Source of the DNA: Octopus bimaculoides
Lineage: Eukaryota
Length of the DNA: 50,690 bases
Reading direction: 5' to 3'
Assembly (NCBI RefSeq): GCF_001194135.2
Contig: NC_068989.1
Span: 59,327,047 to 59,377,736, forward strand
Position 1 is the stretch's first letter, and each line of letters opens with the position of its first letter. The notes beneath the pieces are model-generated. The model searched no databases. It was not told the origin of the DNA and was given only the letters and a program-made list of their open reading frames with translations. This document shows, piece after piece, positions 1-13,200 of the stretch. The translations under genes and the position numbers were made by a program.

Positions 1-397
1 TTTTTTTTTTTTTTTTTTCTTGTTCGCTGCGATTGCTATTGCAGGAATTGTTGCTAAGCATAACTCTTGATGTTTATGGGTCGTTGATATTAGAGATTTA
101 TCGGCCTGGAAGATAATACTAACACCGTCATGAAGTTGTACTTGACAGTTAATCTGAGCTATTCATCATTTAGATCTCGCGAAATAGGATTGGGTTCAAG
201 TTGTGGCTACAAACGAAATTATTGCGTTGGAAAGGAAGCTCTGTCGTATTTTGGACATGATCATTTTGAATATTGTTTTTCAATACGTACAGCAAAAAAT
301 AAACATTCATTTTTACTTTCTAATCTTTTTTGTTTTCTTTCTTTGCAAATTATTTTACACCTTAGGAGCAAATTTGTATAGATTTTACCCTTTTAAA

Positions 398-1260
398 ATG
401 AGTTTAAATCAGATCGTATCAGACACTGCATTCATATAAATTCAAAAGAGGCTCTTCAGCAATGGAAGCCACGAGAAATGTTCGTTCTGTATGTAGAAAT
501 GATGCTTTAAGTTAAGTCTGGTAATGTAAGTTTCACATGGGGAATTTTTCTCTTGTAGGCCTATTTTACCATCGGTCTAGACAGCCGAACTTTTGAGCTT
601 CTGAAAGCTGCAGTTGAGAAAAATCCAAAACAAGCTGAGAGAATTAGAAAAACAGCTCAATTCAAGTCACATTTCGATCCTGCAACATTTTCATGAATTA
701 GGAAAAGTGTCTGGGCTTGGTCATTAGACCCTTCATCATATGATTGCTTCTCGACTTAATTAAAGAGTCGCTCCCTGCTTGCCATTCAACAGCAGACTTG
801 CCACCGACTCTATTATGAGTAGAATCATCATAAATGATGAAAAGTGAATCCAACGAAAACAACAATGGTTAGCATCCAATGATAAAAGGGTATCCATTTC
901 CAAAACCTGACTATTCTTGAAAAAAGTTATGCTGTGTTTGGTCATATGAAGGTTGTCGTCTATCACGAAGTGTTAGACCAAAACGAAACAGTTAATGCGC
1001 AGAGGTATTGTCGTCAATTGGAAGCATTGCAGAAAAAAAAAAACACCCAGCATTAGTCAAGAAGGGAAAGGTTATCGTTCTCAATGAGGAGGTTTTGCCT
1101 TATAGTCTTTTCTTGTAGTCTTTTCTTTCCTAACCTTGCTCCATCTCATTAGTATCTTTTCAAATCATTGCAAGGTTACATACAATGGAGATATAAAGTA
1201 GTTTATTAAGTCTGAAGAGGTTAACGGATATTGAGTGTTTCTTTGTCTCAAAACCCTGAT
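398..1260 (+). mobile_element. Degenerate mariner (Mos1-like) transposase relic
   Basis: Frameshifted translation gives DRIRHCI..YKFKRGSSAMEATRNV, ELLKAAVEKNPKQ, RIIINDEK, KKVML...VVYHEVLDQNETVNAQRYCRQL and a PNLAPSH-like motif, collinear with mariner HTH and DD34D regions. Many stops; TIRs not resolved. Confidence 0.85.
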
Positions 1261-1421
1261 GAGTTTTATGCTTAAGCGACCAACAATTTACCAGATAGCT
1301 GAGATCATATCAATAATGAGGAGAAATACTTTTCTGATTATATATATCTATCAATTAAGACCAAAGAAGCATTTATTCCTTTCTCAGCTTAAAATGCTAC
1401 ATAATATAATAGAATTCAACT

Positions 1422-1807
1422 AAGGCGCAGGAGTGGCTGTGTGGTAAGTAGCTTGCTTACCAACCACATGGTTCTGGGTTCAGTCCCACTGCGTGGCACC
1501 TTGGGCAAGTATCTTCTACTATAGCCTCGGACCAACCAAAGCCTTGTGAGTAGATTTGGTAGACGGAAACTGAAAGAAGCCCGATATATATATATATATA
1601 TATATNNNNNNNNNNTTGTCCTCCCAGCATCGCTTGACAACCGATAGTGGTGTGTTTACGTCCCCGTAACTTAGCGGTTCGGCAAAGAGAGACCGATAGA
1701 ATAAGTAGTAGGCTTACAAAGAATAAGTCCTGGGGTCGATTTGCTCGACTAAAGGCGGTGCTCCAGCATAGCCGCAGTCAAATGACGGAAACAAGTAAAA
1801 GAATAAG
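1422..1807 (+). mobile_element. tRNA-derived CORE-like SINE (family A), full length
   Basis: tRNA-like head (gagtggctgtgtggtaag...ggttcagtccc), CORE-like ccttgggcaagt segment, internal (TA)n and an A-rich tail. Near-identical to the copies at 24641, 27822 and 36301. Confidence 0.9.
1606..1615. other. Assembly gap (10 N) inside the SINE's internal (TA)n
   Basis: Run of N. Confidence 1.
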
Positions 1808-3557
1808 GGAGAGAACTCCAATGTATTTGTTCTTGTTTAGCCTTAAAGTTAGCACAGATCAAGTGAACCTATGAACAAAGGCGTTCTATCCATTGCCGCC
1901 CCATCGTTTATTCAAACATAGTGTATTAGGACTGTATTGTCTTCTAATTAGTTGTGACCTTCCTTTTGTTGAGATGGTAAGAGTTATTTAAAGGAAAATT
2001 ACCCATTATTTTTTGGACGTTGAGTGACTACTTACAAGTTGCTCCTTACCTTGAAATTCCGTTACTGATAAGCACATCGCATTACAAAATTATAGGTTAT
2101 AATAATAATAGGCAGTGGTGTCGCGTGGGTTGTGGCTGCCCTGGGCAGTAGTGAAACTGACTGCTCCCATCCCTCGACAACAGCAAACACACATATATAC
2201 GAACTGACTGCCCAGTACAGTTCGCACATCACATTCTACATCACTAAGAGTAGGTTTTGGGGGTTTTTTTTAAAAAAAAAAACAGGTTTATTTCTATATA
2301 AAAAAGTGAAATGGCCAAAAGTTGTATGTTTGCGCGTCTCATTTAGTGGTTATGCAGGGTTCAAAGGCAGTAGGTGTGCTCGGATTGCGGCGAAAATTTA
2401 CAGGGACATGTAAAATGATGTGAGGAAGCGACTGGACTAGGTTAGAAATCTCCATCTCAAAAGTTATGGTTACTAGGGCAACAAAACCCATTTTCTATCG
2501 ATTCTACAAGCTGTAAAGGTCGTGTTTTGTGGGCGATTTCAATAAAAAGCACACTTGCATAATCTACAGGCTCTTCTGTTTAGTAGTTCGTCAATATTTT
2601 GTGGAAATTGTTGTTTAAAAGAAAAGATTTTACGGAAATTGTTGTTTAAAAGAAAAGATTTTTTGCTGCTTGCATCTTTGATTTGTTCTGCATAAAAATT
2701 ATACCACCCTGTAAGATTTGATGAAAAATATTTTTGGGATTTTGATTCGTTCAAAAATTCCGCCGATAAGTACAAAAATAATCAAGTTTACGGTTATTTT
2801 TCATATTATCTTCTCGATTTAGTGGCACGAGACGATAGGCATGATTTTTTCGCGTTTCGCCGAAAAGGCTTATCGATTTTTTAATTAATGACGCGTCAAT
2901 AGTATCACACAATACAATACTATTACATTTTTACTTCATCCTTACTTGCATGGATAGATTGGTCCATTATTAAAGCTGAATTACTTTTATTCCATTACTA
3001 CTTAAGCATCTTAATTCAACGATCATAGAAATAAATGCCTCTCGCACAATTCTCTCTTCACCGGTTGCCTATGCGCCACCCTCCCGTTAGCCCGCGTAAG
3101 TCTTCCATTAAATTTTTCCTTTCCCATTTTTCCAAACCGTTCAGTTTGCATTTTGTCTTTTAGGATTGGAAAAAAAAAACGGGAGTGGTGGTGTCAAAAG
3201 GACTGTCATGTGCAACCTGATCACTTCTGCCAGTCAAACTCCTGACTCAAGCATTCACGTCGCGACACTGATTCTGCAAAATTGAGTTGGGTGTGAGTAA
3301 TCGCTTTTTGAGAGATTGTATTATCCATTTGCATAATAGCCTTTTTTCAATCAATTTTTTAATAGCTTTCCATTATTTTTAAAGACTTTACATTTTTTTT
3401 AAATTTGGCGGTTCGAGAATAGACCCGAATGAAATCGGGTCAAAAAGCTAGTCTATTCATATTTGGCACAAATGATAAAAAATGAAGACAAAATTTTAAT
3501 CGCAAAGACAATAGAATGAGTTAGCCTTGTTGTCACACAAGAATGCTAATTAATATC

Positions 3558-3918
3558 GGTTTCAAATTTTGGCACAAGAACAGTAATTTCGGGGAGTGGT
3601 AAGTCCATTACATCGACTCCAGTGTTCAACTGGTGCTTATTTTATCGATAAAAGGCAAAATCGACCTCGGAGGAACTTGAACTCAGAACATCAAGACGGA
3701 CGAAATGACGCTAAGCATTTTGCCCCATTATAGGGGGTGGGAAGGAAATCGATTACATTGACTCAATATTCAACTGGTGCTTTTGATACCTATGTTATCG
3801 ACCCAGAAAGGATGAATGGTAAAGCCGACTTCGCAGGTATTTGAACTCAGAACTTAAAGACGGACGAAACGCCGTTAATAATTTTGCCCTGAATGGTAAT
3901 GATTCTGCTAGCTCGGCA
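3558..3918 (-). mobile_element. Two adjacent degenerate family B SINE copies
   Basis: Reverse complement matches the family B consensus (ttctgagttcaaatt..gaggtcgactttgcctt..gtaccagtt..gtcgatgtaatcgac) twice, at about 3558-3724 and 3727-3918. Confidence 0.75.
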
Positions 3919-4261
3919 CTTTATTGCTCTCTAATTAATGAGAACAATTAGATACTAAATTATTAATTTTGAAAGAAGGGAGGCAACCTTGTTTGAATGA
4001 AAATTAAATATATGCAATGACTGATCGTGAAATTCAGTAAGCGTTTCCAGGCAAGCTTGAGTTTTACTCGACCCTCTTCTGCGAGTCATAGTCCAAGTAT
4101 GACTCTATACTTCTAAACTCACACTCATTCCTGCATTGTATTCCCTCTTTTACTTTCTATCTTTACCTGCTTCAATCTTTAGACTATAACTATGCTGGGG
4201 TACCACCTGGAAGAAATTTTAATCGAATGAATCGACCACAGAACTTACGTTTTCTTTTAAG

Positions 4262-4370
4262 GCTGGTACTTACTCTATTGGTCTTGTTGCCGAACTGCTG
4301 GTTTACAAGGACGTAAACACACCAACAACGGTTGTCAAGCGGTGGTTTTGGACAAACACACACACACATA
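4262..4370 (-). mobile_element. Family A SINE 3' fragment
   Basis: gtaaacacaccaacaacggttgtcaagcggtgg matches the reverse complement of 1625-1665. Confidence 0.7.
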
Positions 4371-4576
4371 TCAAGCAAAAGGAGGTAGTCAGGAATTTCT
4401 TAATTTATAAAAGTTGTACACTACATCAAACAATCTATACATACAGACACATACATAGATATATACATATACATACATGTGTGTGTGTGCGTGCGCGTGT
4501 ATGTGGGTATAGATAAAACTTACTTGGAAGAGGATGCGTAGCGTTCAAGTATATTATATTATATTATATTATATAT

Positions 4577-5116
4577 NNNNNNNNNNNNNNNNNNNNNNNN
4601 NNNNNNNNNNNNNNNNNNNNNNNNNNNNNNNNNNNNNNNNNNNNNNNNNNNNNNNNNNNNNNNNNNNNNNNNNNNNNNNNNNNNNNNNNNNNNNNNNNNN
4701 NNNNNNNNNNNNNNNNNNNNNNNNNNNNNNNNNNNNNNNNNNNNNNNNNNNNNNNNNNNNNNNNNNNNNNNNNNNNNNNNNNNNNNNNNNNNNNNNNNNN
4801 NNNNNNNNNNNNNNNNNNNNNNNNNNNNNNNNNNNNNNNNNNNNNNNNNNNNNNNNNNNNNNNNNNNNNNNNNNNNNNNNNNNNNNNNNNNNNNNNNNNN
4901 NNNNNNNNNNNNNNNNNNNNNNNNNNNNNNNNNNNNNNNNNNNNNNNNNNNNNNNNNNNNNNNNNNNNNNNNNNNNNNNNNNNNNNNNNNNNNNNNNNNN
5001 NNNNNNNNNNNNNNNNNNNNNNNNNNNNNNNNNNNNNNNNNNNNNNNNNNNNNNNNNNNNNNNNNNNNNNNNNNNNNNNNNNNNNNNNNNNNNNNNNNNN
5101 NNNNNNNNNNNNNNNN
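4577..5116. other. Assembly gap (540 N) flanked by AT microsatellite
   Basis: Run of N. Confidence 1.
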
Positions 5117-5604
5117 ATATGCATATATACATACGTAGATGTAGAAACTTACATTTATACGTATATATATGCATATGTGGGCACAGGACGTCACGAAACG
5201 TGTACAACAAAGAAATACGAAGTACGAGTACATGGAATATGAACTATTTCTTCGAACAACGAAAGACACAAATGGAAAACAAGACAAACAACATAAAGAA
5301 CGACCCTTCATTAACTGTTTTGCTGTTTTTCTACTCTCGTATTTCGAGCATTTAACTACAATATACGCTTTCGATAAAACAGTTGCTCCTGCAAAGCAAA
5401 TTAAATAAACTTTGGGATTTTGCGGAGGTTCAAAATTGGTAACACAAACAGGACAGTGAAAGGAAACAGGAAGGGCTGCTAAGCCTAATGGAGTTTGCGG
5501 TGGCGAACGCGTAAATTAAAATTTGGACAGGAGACAGACAAGAACACGTCTTCTTTGTTTCAGCTACAACGGAGAGAAAAAAACACAAGTTAGGAGAAGA
5601 AAGA

Positions 5605-5637
5605 AAGATGGCCGATGGTCACGTGGGAGCCACGTGA
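5605..5637 (+). promoter_or_regulatory. Candidate regulatory cluster: YY1-like AAGATGGCCG plus two CACGTG E-boxes
   Basis: AAGATGGCCG at 5605-5614, GTCACGTG at 5618-5625 and CCACGTGA at 5630-5637, in non-TE sequence. Motif evidence only. Confidence 0.35.
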
Positions 5638-6083
5638 GCAAGGGAGGAGGAGTGAGGGAGAGAGAGTGACAGAGTAATAGGATAGAATAGTGGGAGAAGA
5701 GGAGGTAAAAAATAAGAGAGAGAAAAACGAAACAGTAAAAAGATCGTATAGAGTGTGCATCAGAATTATTAAGATAAAACTTACTTGGAAGAGTAAGTTC
5801 AATCATATAATAATATAAATAATATATATATATATATATATATGATACAAATAATATGTGAGTATATGCATATATACGTACATGTATGTACATACCTACA
5901 TCTAACGCTTGTCAACGTTAAACAGGATGAGGTTTGTGGCATTTTCGTACTATTTCGAATAAATAAACATTTCGGAGTTACGTGAGTAATTAGCGTGTAA
6001 TAATTACCATAAGCGATATAAGAATATGCAAGATTCATAAAAATTGTTTAATATTGAGGATTATTTTGCGTGATTCCACAATC

Positions 6084-6832
6084 GCATCACTCCATATGAA
6101 TTCAAGCAAGGTTAAAACATTTTGCACGTGACCAACTCAGATTTAGCTCAAATTTTGTTTGGTAGTACCTCTATATGCATAAGAAAGACATTCAGAATTT
6201 TAGGTTTTCAACTGCTAAGGGTTTCAAAGATATGCCCCACCAAAATTTGAGGTCCACGCCCCTCGTGGAGCGCGAGGGTAAACTTATACAGATTTTGGTG
6301 CTGAGTATCTAACCATAGTATTTGACTGAAATTGGCTACTCCGGGTAATCAGAACCCAGCTTGTCAGAATCTGCTATCAGTATTACTCTATCTCCCTTCA
6401 TTTTGGAGTAATTGGCCTTTCAAATATGAACCTTTTCATGGGTGGAAAAAGAATCAATATTCTAGGGTCTCCCATGAGGCCAATATGTCTTCAACTTGAG
6501 GACTGATCAGTTCACAATAAGCATATTAACAATGTACAAGGCATAATATATTTATGGGCCTCTGAAAATGGTTCCGCGCGAAAAAAAACACGTTTTTGAC
6601 AATTTTCGCCTCGCAAATTCACCATGTGGACAATTAAACATGAGAATGAAACTTATTCTCCAGGAATGTATGTATCCAAACTTTATTCGGGGCATATCTT
6701 TGAAACCTTTAGGAGTTGAACCCTAAAATTATGCATGTCTTCCTTATGCATATAGAGGTATTACCAAAAGTTCTGAGCCAATTCTGAGTTGGTCACGTGT
6801 ACAGCTCTTGTTGAGTTCAACTGGAATGACCC
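6084..6832. mobile_element. Non-autonomous DNA transposon (MITE) with ~160-bp TIRs and 4-bp TSD; Sola2-like
   Basis: 6084-~6248 is the reverse complement of ~6677-6832 (e.g. cacgtgaccaactcaga / tctgagttggtcacgtg). AATC lies on both sides (6080-6083, 6833-6836). The intact terminus reads GGGTCATTCC. The superfamily call is inference. Confidence 0.8.
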
Positions 6833-7488
6833 AATCGTTAAGGTGGCAGAAAAATTGCTTGATATTTGCATATTTGCATCCTTTTACGTTTTGGGTTCAA
6901 AACCCACTCGCGTTCACTTTGCTTGCCATCAACCTTACGAGGTGATAAAATAACTTCTGGGGTCGATGTAAGTCGATGTAATCGATTATATACTGGGTGT
7001 TGATACCTGCATAACCATAGTCATATAACATAAACCAATTAAAAAAAAAGGAAGAATATTAATTATAGATTAAGCGGTCTTGAATCCAGATGGAATTACA
7101 ATAGCGTAGAATATTTTTCAATTCGATTATAATATTCCTAACATTTATTCATCAGTCTGCTTTATAGTACTGTCACTTAGAAAACTTAAAACTGACATAA
7201 TCTAATTGACAGAGGCGTCATATAAAGCGTGCTTTACAAAACTCAAGAGAAATGTTCACGTCTTGGGAGCCATATGATGAGCTTTCTCCTTAGAACCAGG
7301 TCAAGAGATTTTTCCTCCAAATTTTCCGTTCAAAAAATAGGTAGGCTGTCCTGATGCCACTTTATATCTTTAGAAAGTGTCTGATTATATGACATTTACC
7401 AATTCAAAACTTCCATTGTTATATACTTAAAATAGAGGTGTCTCATTTATTATCAAAATTCTCATCTTTAAGTAGATATTTTCATTGT

Positions 7489-7668
7489 TGCTGTAGGGAA
7501 TTAATAATAATGGTACACTCTTCCTACGTGACTAATAGTATAACCTAGTCACTGAAGTAGCGGAGTACGTAATAGGCAGTCAAAGATAGTCGTGTCTTAC
7601 TGGTTTTACTAAGTATACTGTATACTGAAGTGACCGTTACAACAATCCAACATTTTAAGGATATAACA
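7489..7668 (+). repeat. 5' LTR of the Gypsy element
   Basis: TG...CA ends; direct repeat of 10093-10280, roughly 80% identical by eye. Confidence 0.9.
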
Positions 7669-10092
7669 GTGGCGACGAGAGTCACGTAGAATTAATAAAT
7701 TTGACGATGATTTTAACAACTCACGAGAAGTTAAACTCACAAAGTTTTGTTGTGTGAATTTTACGAAAAATAAATCGTAAAAATTATGGAAAATTTGCTT
7801 GGTCAAGTTGCAAAAACAGCAACAGCAACAATTACTGTTACAACAATAAATACTGCAATTAATGAAGTCGTCATGAAATTCAGAAAAAGTGTTCTAGCCA
7901 GACTATGTCGCGAACTCCATAGCAGAGTTCAAATACGAACCTGACGAAGGAGTTACCTTAGAAGCATACTACAGAAGATATGAGCAAATCTTCGGGAAAT
8001 AACGTAAAGATTGGGACAACGAGATGAAAACGCGCTTAATCTTACCAAAACTGGCGGCAGCAAAACATGAACGTTACAGCAGTTATGTACTTCCAAGGAA
8101 ACCTTCCGACATAAACTTTAATGACACAATAGATATATTGTGTAAAATTTTTAATGAAAAAAGCTCATTGTTCAACATACATTGGAAGTGTCTGAACAAA
8201 GAAAAACAACGAGGACTACAACACATATGCTAGTAGAGTAAACAGGGAATGCGAAATAAATTAACGCCAGATATGTTCAAATGCCTGATTTTTACACAAG
8301 GACTTACTGCCGAAAAGGACACAGAAGTTAAAACTAGAATTCTCGCAAAGCTGGAAAAAAACCTACAGCAAATGTCAGAAGAATGTGAAAGGATAGTCAA
8401 ATTAAGACACGACACAGAGGAAATCGAATGAAAAGATTGTTTCCAAGTAAAGCAAGTGCGAAATTGTCAGAATTGAAATAATGTGTTTTCTAAAAAAAAA
8501 AACTCGACAAAAATCAAGAAATAAACCCATGTTTTGTATGTGGAGGTATACACCTGAGGAAAAATTGTGCATTTAAAAAAAACGGAGTGCTTTCGTTGTT
8601 GTAATATAGGACATATAAAGACCCATTGTAGAATGAAGATGACAAAATGTCAGAACAAAGGAAAAAGAATAAATAGTATTTATCGGAAGAGATTGGTAAT
8701 ATAACAATGAGGAAATTCATGAAAGTGAAAATCAGAAATACAAGTGTTAGACACTGGTAGTGATATCACCATTATAAACGAAAAAACTTTGAATTATGTC
8801 GGTAAGCCGAAATTAATTAAATCGAAAATGGTGGCACATGGTGTTACGGGGAAAATATTATATTTTTTCGGTGAATTCGTATGTAATGTAATATTTCGCG
8901 GTAAAACGAAAAAAGCAGATATATGTATTAAAAAGTTCACTTAATTTATTCGGCACAGAGGGGATGGAACTATTCAAAGTATGGAATATGCCCATAAGTG
9001 TTTTGTGTGGAAATATAGTCGGTTTAGTGGAAGGTTCGAAAGGGGCCGAAGGACTGAAACAAAAAATTGCAGCAAAACAGAGTGGAACACTTGTATGTAA
9101 GCCAAAACGAAATATAAATTGCTCACGATAAAAAGTAAACATTGTTTAAAAGTTGAAGTTCCGTGGTCGAGACTACACATCGATTTCGCTGGACCTTTAA
9201 ATGCTTCATACTACTTAGTGGCAGTTGATAGTTTTTCGAAATGGCCTAAAATTTGAAAGTGTTAAAAATCAACCTTCTCAACTGTGAAATTTTTTACACG
9301 AAATGTTTGTAAGATTTGACACCCTAGACAAGATAATGTTTGATAGTGGAACGTAATTTGTGTCTAGCGAATTTTATAAACTTTGTGAAACGTTCACAGT
9401 AGAACATACTATGGCGCCATACCATCGCAGCTCTAATGGACAGGCAGAGCGCTTTATCAATGCCTTCAAAAGAGCCTTTAGAAAATCGAATAAGGAAGTC
9501 ACCGATGAGGTAGATTTACAATTTTTAAGGTTACCGTGTGACACCAAATCCGAATACACCAGTAGGTAGCTCACCAGCGGAGCTGATGTTTGCAAGGAAA
9601 GTAAAATCAGTCTTTGATAAATTGCTACTTAGTAAGAAAAGAAAAAAGTGCCAGGGAAGACATAGCAAGATTCTTTAAAGTTGGTGAAAAAGTGTATATG
9701 AGGGCATACAAGAATGGAAAGCAGAGTTGGGAAGATAACGTAGGTACCAAATGCATAAGTAAAATGAAGTGTTGGGTAAAAAGTAGAAAAGGTATACAAA
9801 AGAGACACAAGAACCAACTGAAAAAGATTCATGGAAAGCAAACCAAAGAAGTTGGAGGAACCGATAGAATGATTGTACGATACGTTCCAAGTACCAACGC
9901 CACTGCAGGTGATTGAACCCAGGCGTACAAGTGAGAGGAAGAAAAAGAGTCCCTGAAAATAGATTCCAAGCGCAAAAATATCAAATTGTAAGAAAAGAAA
10001 AGAAAAAAAACTCAAAAAAGGGAGGCGGGGGTAAATAAAAAAAGTATTGCTAAATAAAATAAACACTTCCTAAGAAAAGATTAAAGGGAAGA

Positions 10093-10280
10093 TGTTGTAG
10101 GGAATTAGTAATAATGATATAAACCCCGCCCACATGACGAATGGAATAACCTAGAGAAGTACGGGAAGTACCGGAGTACATAGTAGGCGATCAGAGATAG
10201 TCGTGTCTTTATTGGTTTTACTAAGTATACTGTATACCGAAGTGACCCTTATAACAAACCAACATTTTAAGGATATAACG
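10093..10280 (+). repeat. 3' LTR of the Gypsy element
   Basis: Follows the PPT; shares gatagtcgtgtctt..ggttttactaagtatactgtatac..aacattttaaggatataac with the 5' LTR. Confidence 0.9.
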
Positions 10281-13200
10281 ACTGCAAATAATAAGTATAT
10301 TCTTCCCAGCAAACCGTCTTGGAAATCGTGTTTCTTTGGCATTGTAAAATGCGCACCAAGTGTTGCGCCTTGGTAACTGTACGATTCTGAATCAGAGATA
10401 ATGAACCTCAATGCCACATGATCTAGTGTAACTGATCAATGAAACAAAGGTGCATCCATTGTGTTTGATTCTCCATTTAATTTAATATTTACGTGAACAA
10501 ACACATTGAACGGGAAATTCTGATTAACGATATAATGAATGTTACCAAGTACGAGAGGTACCTGAAGAAGGCAGAAACGTTATGACTATAATAACCAAGA
10601 TGAGGGCAAATTGTCTGAATGTAGTATTATTGTATAATAATGATAATTCCTCGTTTCAGAAATTTAGTTAAAAATTAGTGATATCTATTTGAAAATTTGT
10701 TGTGAGTGCTAAAAAGATATAACTATGTTTGTGTTTGTGTGAGTCAATTTGGCTCAAATAATTTGACTACTTCAACTAGAATCAAAGAAAAGTAAATCGA
10801 ACAAATATATACGACTCAGAAAATTAAGGGAAATCTTACAGAAATAAACAATAAATCTTCAGTAAACAACTTTTAAAAAATAGCTGTTGTAAAATGCATA
10901 TGTAGTTGGAATATGACCAACCAAATACTAAAATGTTGCTAACATCGTCCATATCGCCAACCTTTGCTAACAATGAACATAATAGTTTGTAAATGGAGTT
11001 CAACCAATTTGCATCAATGTAAATAATAACAAGGTTCCACTGTGGAATATGACTAAAATATTTTATAACCTTCATTTTCCTACTGTAAAACTATTAGTAT
11101 GCTACAAAACTAGAAGTAACTTTTACCTTTTGACTAAACAAAAATAATAAAGGAAGAACTAAAGAAGAACACAAATTAAATAATATTGAAAAGACCAGAT
11201 TTACTTTCTTGGATGCATGGAAAATGTTTTACACCACTTACTGTATTGTTTCCATTCTATTATATTTGAGATGGGAGCTGTTCAAAGTCTGTCAAAGAAT
11301 GAGGAACAAACTTTAAATTAAAGTGTTTTCTTATTTTCTCATTTCATTTATGACCCAAACCTCACCAGGTCCTGTAATTATCATCCGAAACTTTGACTCC
11401 AAAAGCGTGTATAGAATTTCTGTCATCAGGGATCTTCTCTAGAAACATAAGTGTTTTGGATATCAACTTAAAGCGTGCGGTGAAACAAGTTAAAAAGGTT
11501 CACGACATTCTAGTGTTTCTTTGGAACAACTCATGTAACTGGGACATAGAATTTTCATTGACCGAGATGGAGGTTTCTTTTTTTGGAAGCCGTATATGTT
11601 TGTCAGAAAATAGAAGTAGCAATATGTTCAATTTGATTCTATCAAATGTGTGTTTTTCCAAGAGATTCTTTTACTTTTCGTTTCATTACTGTACCGTTGC
11701 AGAAAAGTTTCAAGTTAATATTTAGTCTATTAGTCAACAACATGTAGCATTTCTTCAACCACCTGACCATCGCAAATGAAGGAAATGCTAAAATGTAATA
11801 CGACCAAGTAGAATTTCTTGTCTCAGAAAATGAATGCAGCGATTTTTAGGATGTTGAAGACTGATGTGGCAGTAGAATTATAACATCGAAAAGTTACAAA
11901 TGCATCAAGTTTACAAGAAGCACAGCCTTATAAAAGCGCAGCTGGTTTTATCACAAGTGCGATGGCTTTACAAAAAAGTGCAGCTGGTCCTACAATAGAC
12001 ACAGCCGACTTCCCTTATAAGAGCAGCTGGTTCCTACCACAAGCGCAACTCAACGAATGAGTTGACTTGAACAAGTATGAGCTGGATTCATTACATTACC
12101 ATCCTAACTTTGTAACAGTTAATATCAAAGAAGATTAATTTTTCTTATTTTATTCTTGTTTGTTTTCCCATATCAACACTATACAGTAACACTGAGAAGT
12201 CGATCTCAATAAGGATACGGAAAACACACCGGGGAATGTTACGAACTGTTACTTCCTTTCCAGACATAGTATGAGATGTCTTAAATTGAAAACTGGCTGA
12301 CAGCCATTTGTAATATGACGTACACTCTTTTGCTTGGTCATTTTGAAGTTGAACGTTTAAACTGAATATAACGACTCCTTCCAGTTATTGCTTCTCGTTA
12401 CGACCGACCCAATAATCTCATATCCCACCACCAACACATTTTCATGTGAAGCTAATCCTCACGCATCACAATACGGTGCAAGTTCTAAGTGCGTAAAAAT
12501 TTTAAAAAAAAACTAAGACCAACTGTTCGATTTACGTCATTTTCGAATTTCGTTCCACTCTACGCTAGAAATACCAAGAATCGATATTGAAGACTGACAC
12601 CATAAGAAAAAGTAACTGATGCTAATCCATTTTTAAAATCGAATTTGTGTTCAAAACGAGTGCTCTGACATTAGTATCGCTCGAGATCAGTTCAGATAAG
12701 GTTTAGTTATCTCAAAGTAATTTAGATTAGATGCGCTCTTTGCTGTGCTGATAAGGCTTGCATTTCTGCCATGCAACTGGAGCAGACCCATAGGCAGACT
12801 ATCACTTTTTGAGACAATTAATCTTACAAAGAACACATCTTATATATAAATGGCAATTTCTGTCTCTCTGTCTGTTACCATCTTAGTGCCTAAACCAGCG
12901 AACCAATATTCACGAAACTTTGCAGACATGTTACACTAACATCCAAATGTGCCCCCACCCACCCAACAAGGGAATTCGGCGAATTGTATGATAAAATAAG
13001 AAGGTTGTAAAAAGTATTAGTCGGAGGGAAAGGTAGTAGCAGAGTGAGGATGAATTATATTAGTGAAGGCGAGAACAGCGATGGCAATGGGATGTTAACG
13101 CTAACGCAGCTTTCATATACACGCAACGCTGCATACATACTTTCGTAAATACACCCACACCCACATACACACACCCACCAACATACACACACACAGAGTA

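Larger units (their letters stand above)
7489..10280 (+). mobile_element. Ty3/Gypsy (Mag / K02A2.6-like) LTR retrotransposon, internally deleted and decayed
   Basis: LTRs at 7489-7668 and 10093-10280, PBS TGGCGACGAG at 7670, PPT aaagggaaga at 10083-10092, degenerate TSD attgt/actgc. Gag (EFKYEPDEGVTLEAYYRRYE..), CX2CX3HX4C knuckle at ~8530, protease LDTGS at 8747, integrase (WSRLHIDFAGPL, PYH.SSNGQAERF) at ~9160-9620. No RT or RNase H motifs. Confidence 0.95.

Noticed and set aside
4040-4110. Minus-strand cAGAAGA...GGAAACG and a gagtcata/tatgactc hairpin as a ribozyme
   Set aside because: The core is mismatched and no consistent three-stem fold is evident.
4534-5355. Long ORFs of 186-273 aa in the ORF track
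   Set aside because: They are artefacts of translating the 540-N gap.
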